From: the human T2T-CHM13v2.0 reference genome, Homo sapiens
Direction: 5' to 3' (one strand)
DNA length: 64,000 nt
Assembly (NCBI RefSeq): GCF_009914755.1
Contig: NC_060936.1
The position numbers and the translations under genes are program-made. This document shows positions 59,938-64,000 of the stretch, piece by piece (position 1 is the first letter of the stretch; each line of letters opens with the position of its first letter). The notes under the pieces were generated by a model that was given only the letters and a program-made list of their open reading frames with translations, was not told the origin of the DNA and did not search any database.

Positions 59938-60244
59938 ATTTTATTTTTGGAGACAGGGTCTCATTGTATCACCCAGGAGGCTGGAGTGCAGTGGTGCAAT
60001 CTCAGATCTTGGCTCACTGCAACCTCAACCTCCCGGGCTCAAGCGATTCTCCCACCTCAGCCCCCTGAGTAGCTGAGGCTACAGGTCTATGCCACCATGC
60101 CCAGCTAATTGTTTTGTATTTTTTTGTAAAGATGAGGTTTCAGCATGTTGCCCAGGCTGGTCTCAAACTCCTGAGCTAAGGTGTTCTGCCCACTTCGGCC
60201 TCTCAAAATGCTGGGATTACAGGCGTGAGCCACCATGCCCAGGC
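59938..60244 (-). mobile_element. AluJ-type SINE
   Basis: Reverse dimer. Confidence 0.88.
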
Positions 60245-61376
60245 ACAAGGAAATAATTATAATGATCAAATGGCAGGTAATTTGGCAAGAAAGTGAAGAG
60301 AGGACATCAAGAGGACAAGGGGCAGTGAAAAGTGGTAGATGAGTAGACTGGAATCCCCATGGAATAGGAAAACTGTTAAAGTCAGGATACTAGAGGAAGT
60401 GAAGTGGAAAGGAAGGTGGATGAGGTGGTGATCAGAGAGTGAGATGTACAAGGCCAAAATTATAGAGGTTGCAGCCGTTGTAATGACAAGGTTAGACTGT
60501 GACTATGAGTGCTAGAAGTAGGGTCGGGAGGAGTTTAAGGTGTTTAAAAGATCATTTATGTATTTATTGAAATCACCTAGAATATCAAAGTAGTAGTTTT
60601 GGTAAGATTAACAAGCCAGACTCTAAAATGATCATGAAATGAGAGGGAATGGGTGATAGAATGAAGGTCTCCTACTCCCATTTTATCTGCTGCTGCTATC
60701 TGTTGATAGGTTTTTCTCTCTTATCAACAGACATTGGCATTTTGCATCTTATGTACTTTTTCTCTACTGGAAGAAAATCTCAACTCTGGGGATCAGCAGT
60801 CTTTATCAAAATCCTAAGGCTCTCCTATGCCTCCTGATGTTTCAAATGTCGTTCACAAAGGCCCAGACTTCCTGTTTTCGGAACGCACCCCAGTTCTATA
60901 AGGAGTACCTTCAGCCTCAGAACAGTCACCTGATTCATTGGCTCTGGAGCCTACTTTTGTCAGAGGATCCACCCTATTTTCTCATAGTACAAACTTCTCT
61001 CACCAACAGCCACTTCCATTACCCTGAAGTCAAAAGCAGAAAGAGATAAGACACCTGCTCAGTTTGCTTATCACCAGCAATGCCATGGCAGAGTCTTAAG
61101 CACGACAGGCATGTTTACTAGATTAATGCATTAGGAAGACCATTCTGGTTACATTTTGGAAAACAGCTTAGAGGAGCAAGAATGGAGGCAGGGAGACAAA
61201 CTAGGTGGCTACTGCTATAATCTAGGTTGAGACAGCTTACCTAGATTGATCTAGGCTGATGGCTGTGGAAAACAGGATAAAGACATTCCAACTTAATTCT
61301 AGTTTCCAGAACTCATGTTAATCTTTCTCATCTGGGGATTTGCAGTTAAACCTTCTGCTTAGAAAATTCTTCCTCA

Positions 61377-61955
61377 TTGTTCAATTTCCACCTATGAGTA
61401 AGAACACGCGGTGTTTGGTTTTCTGTTCGTGTTTAGTTTGCTAAGAATGATGGTTTCCAGCTTCATCAACGTCCCTGCAAAGGACATGCATTCATCCTTC
61501 TTCATGGCTATATTCCATGGTGTATATGTGCCACATTTTCTTTATCCAGTCTATCATTGATGGGCATTTGGGTTGTTCCAAGTCTTTGCTATCGTGAATA
61601 GTGCTGCAATAAGCATACATGTGCATGTATATTTAAAAAATGATTTATAATCTTTTCGGTATATGCCCAGTAATGGGACTGCTGGGTCAAATGATATTTC
61701 AGGTTCTAGATCCTTGAGGAATCGCCACACTTTCTTCCACAATGGTTGAACACATGGACACATGGAGGGGAACCTCACACACAGGGTCTTGTCGTGGGGT
61801 GGGGGGCTAGGAGAGGGATAGCTTTAGGAGAAATACCTAATGTAGATGACGGGTTGATGGGTGCAGCAAACCACCATGGCACATGTATACCCATGTAACA
61901 AAACTTCACATTCTGCACGTGTATCCCTGAACTTAAACCGTAAGAAACAAATAAA
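61377..61955 (+). mobile_element. Twin-primed 5'-inverted L1PA7/8-like insertion
   Basis: Antisense L1 to ~61750, then sense 3'UTR; TSD gaaa(a/g)ttcttcctca. Confidence 0.88.
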
Positions 61956-62146
61956 TGAAAGTTCTTCCTCACCCTTCTTGCCTAGCCCTTACTTTTCCTT
62001 TTGATTTCAGTACAGATGTGATTTCCTCTGGGAAACATTTCTTATGCCTCAAGAGCAGCTTGACTTCCCTGTGTGGCTATGGCCTCCTGTGCTTATCTGT
62101 ATCAAGTAACGTCTTGCAATTATTTACCCGTATCCCAGTTTCTTAA

Positions 62147-62370
62147 CAGTGGCATTGACATTCTGGATTAGCTAATTCTTAGTTGTGGGGGACTGTCCAA
62201 CAAATAAGTTATTTGGCAGTATTCCTGGCCTCTACCCCCTAGATGCCAGTAGTACTCACCCTTTTCCTTCCTCCCACCTGTATAGTTGTGTTTGCCAAAA
62301 TCATGTCTCCAGACATTGTCTTATGTCTCCTGGGGGCCAAAACTGCCTCCAGGTGAGAACCACTGACCTA
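62147..62370. mobile_element. MER20 DNA transposon relic
   Basis: cctggcctctaccc..tagatgccagtag...tgtctccagacattg...tgagaaccactg. Confidence 0.8.
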
Positions 62371-63156
62371 GAAAAATGTATCATTTCCTAACAATTGCCC
62401 TACCTCTGGACATTTAGGTTGTTCCCATGTTTACTACAGATTTGAGATTAATGTTATATGCGTGAATCATCAATAATTCCAAAAAGTGAACTAAAAGGGT
62501 ACATAAATCATACCAATCTTACATTTCCGTCTGTAGTTCCTGCATAGTAGATTCACCGTAACTTTTCAGTACTGAGCTTTCTCACATTAAAAAATACAAG
62601 GTCCACTCATTACAATTTTAAAAAAAATGAAACTCTTCTGGTTTATTTCGCTATCAGTGAGGATGGGCATCTTTTGAAGTATTTTACTTAATGTCTTTGT
62701 TTTTTAAATGGCTAGACTTCAAACTCTTCCAAACTCACAAAAAAATTCTAACACTTCTCAATTAAAATTCAAATGTTAGTGTTTACCATGTACAGTACTG
62801 TGGTCAGGGTACTAGGTGATAGATACTATAGTAAAAACAGAAATGGTGTCTGCTTTGAGAGTTTACATTCTAGAGAGGCATGGTCCAATATGATAGCCAC
62901 CAGCCACAAGTGGTCATTGAATACTTGAACTGTGGCAAGTTCAAATTGAGAAGTGCACTGTAAGTGAAAAATAGGTGCTTGGTATGGGGAAAAAATATGA
63001 AATACCTAACTTTATACTGGCATGTCCATATGATAGGTTAGATATACTGGGTTAAATAAAACATGTTTCTGAAATTAATTTTGAATATACATATATATTT
63101 TTTATATATTGAAAATATCTTTTAACCAGTCAAGTGACTCTCTTAATATATTTTAA

Positions 63157-63558
<402 letters not shown>

Positions 63559-63670
63559 CACAAATAGTTTTTAAACTGTTCAAAATATTTAAAAAACATG
63601 TATGTAAAAGAACCTTGAAGTAACATTTATCAGCCACACCAGTTTCACAAAATCAGGTATTGCTACCTAC

Positions 63671-63748
63671 TAGGTTGGTGCAAAAGTAACTGCGGTTTTT
63701 GCCATTAAACGTTAAAATGGCAAAATAAATAACTTTTGCACCAACCTA
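63671..63748. mobile_element. MADE1 (Hsmar1-derived MITE)
   Basis: TIRs taggttggtgcaaaagt ... acttttgcaccaaccta, ~80 bp. Confidence 0.92.
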
Positions 63749-63930
63749 TTAGTATGTATCAAACTGTAGAAAATTTCACTTTTAATTTTAAAAAATCTAA
63801 CATTTATTTTGATGCTTACACTACAGTTTTACTCTAAATTAATGTTCCTTAAGTTAAATCACATTTAAGCAAAAAATTAGAAACTGGTTGGTTTCTACTT
63901 CCCCTATCAAGTTAAAACTCATTTACTTAC

Positions 63931-63991
63931 ACTTTTGTACTTCAGAAATGTGTCATCTCTACTTAAGGACACTACTATACAATAATCACAG
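63931..63991 (-). other. Candidate exon (5' boundary may lie outside the window)
   Basis: Donor AGT|gtaagtaa; possible acceptor cttcatag; open frame CDYCIVVSLSRDDTFLKYKS. Confidence 0.45.
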
Positions 63992-64000
63992 CTATGAAGA

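Noticed and set aside
62512-62570. Possible exon (LKSYGESTMQELQTEM)
   Set aside because: Donor-like motifs present but no convincing polypyrimidine acceptor

Overview
Primate (human-like) genomic DNA, about 60% interspersed repeats. It contains about 25 Alu/FLAM elements and two full-length but ORF-disrupted L1PA3/4-type LINE-1s arranged head-to-head (27372-33535 minus; 46875-53053 plus). There are also several truncated or twin-primed L1s, MaLR/ERV solo LTRs (MST/THE1, MLT1, MLT2, LTR8, MER4-group), DNA-transposon relics (MER94, MER30, MER20, MADE1) and an intronless ATPSCKMT/FAM173B processed pseudogene. No complete protein-coding gene is visible. A chain of small minus-strand exons with canonical splice sites and a repeat-free 1.9-kb terminal-exon-like segment suggests the 3' end of an unidentified host gene. 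The most unusual structures are (i) a ~557-bp, ~96%-identical inverted duplication at 1602-3340 with a fold-back hairpin at its breakpoint and an identity gradient suggesting gene conversion; (ii) neighbouring L1s of different subfamily age that share apparently off-consensus variants; and (iii) repeated re-use of the same retrotransposition target sites. Repeat subfamily calls come from recalled consensus motifs, not a database search. Many boundaries are approximate.
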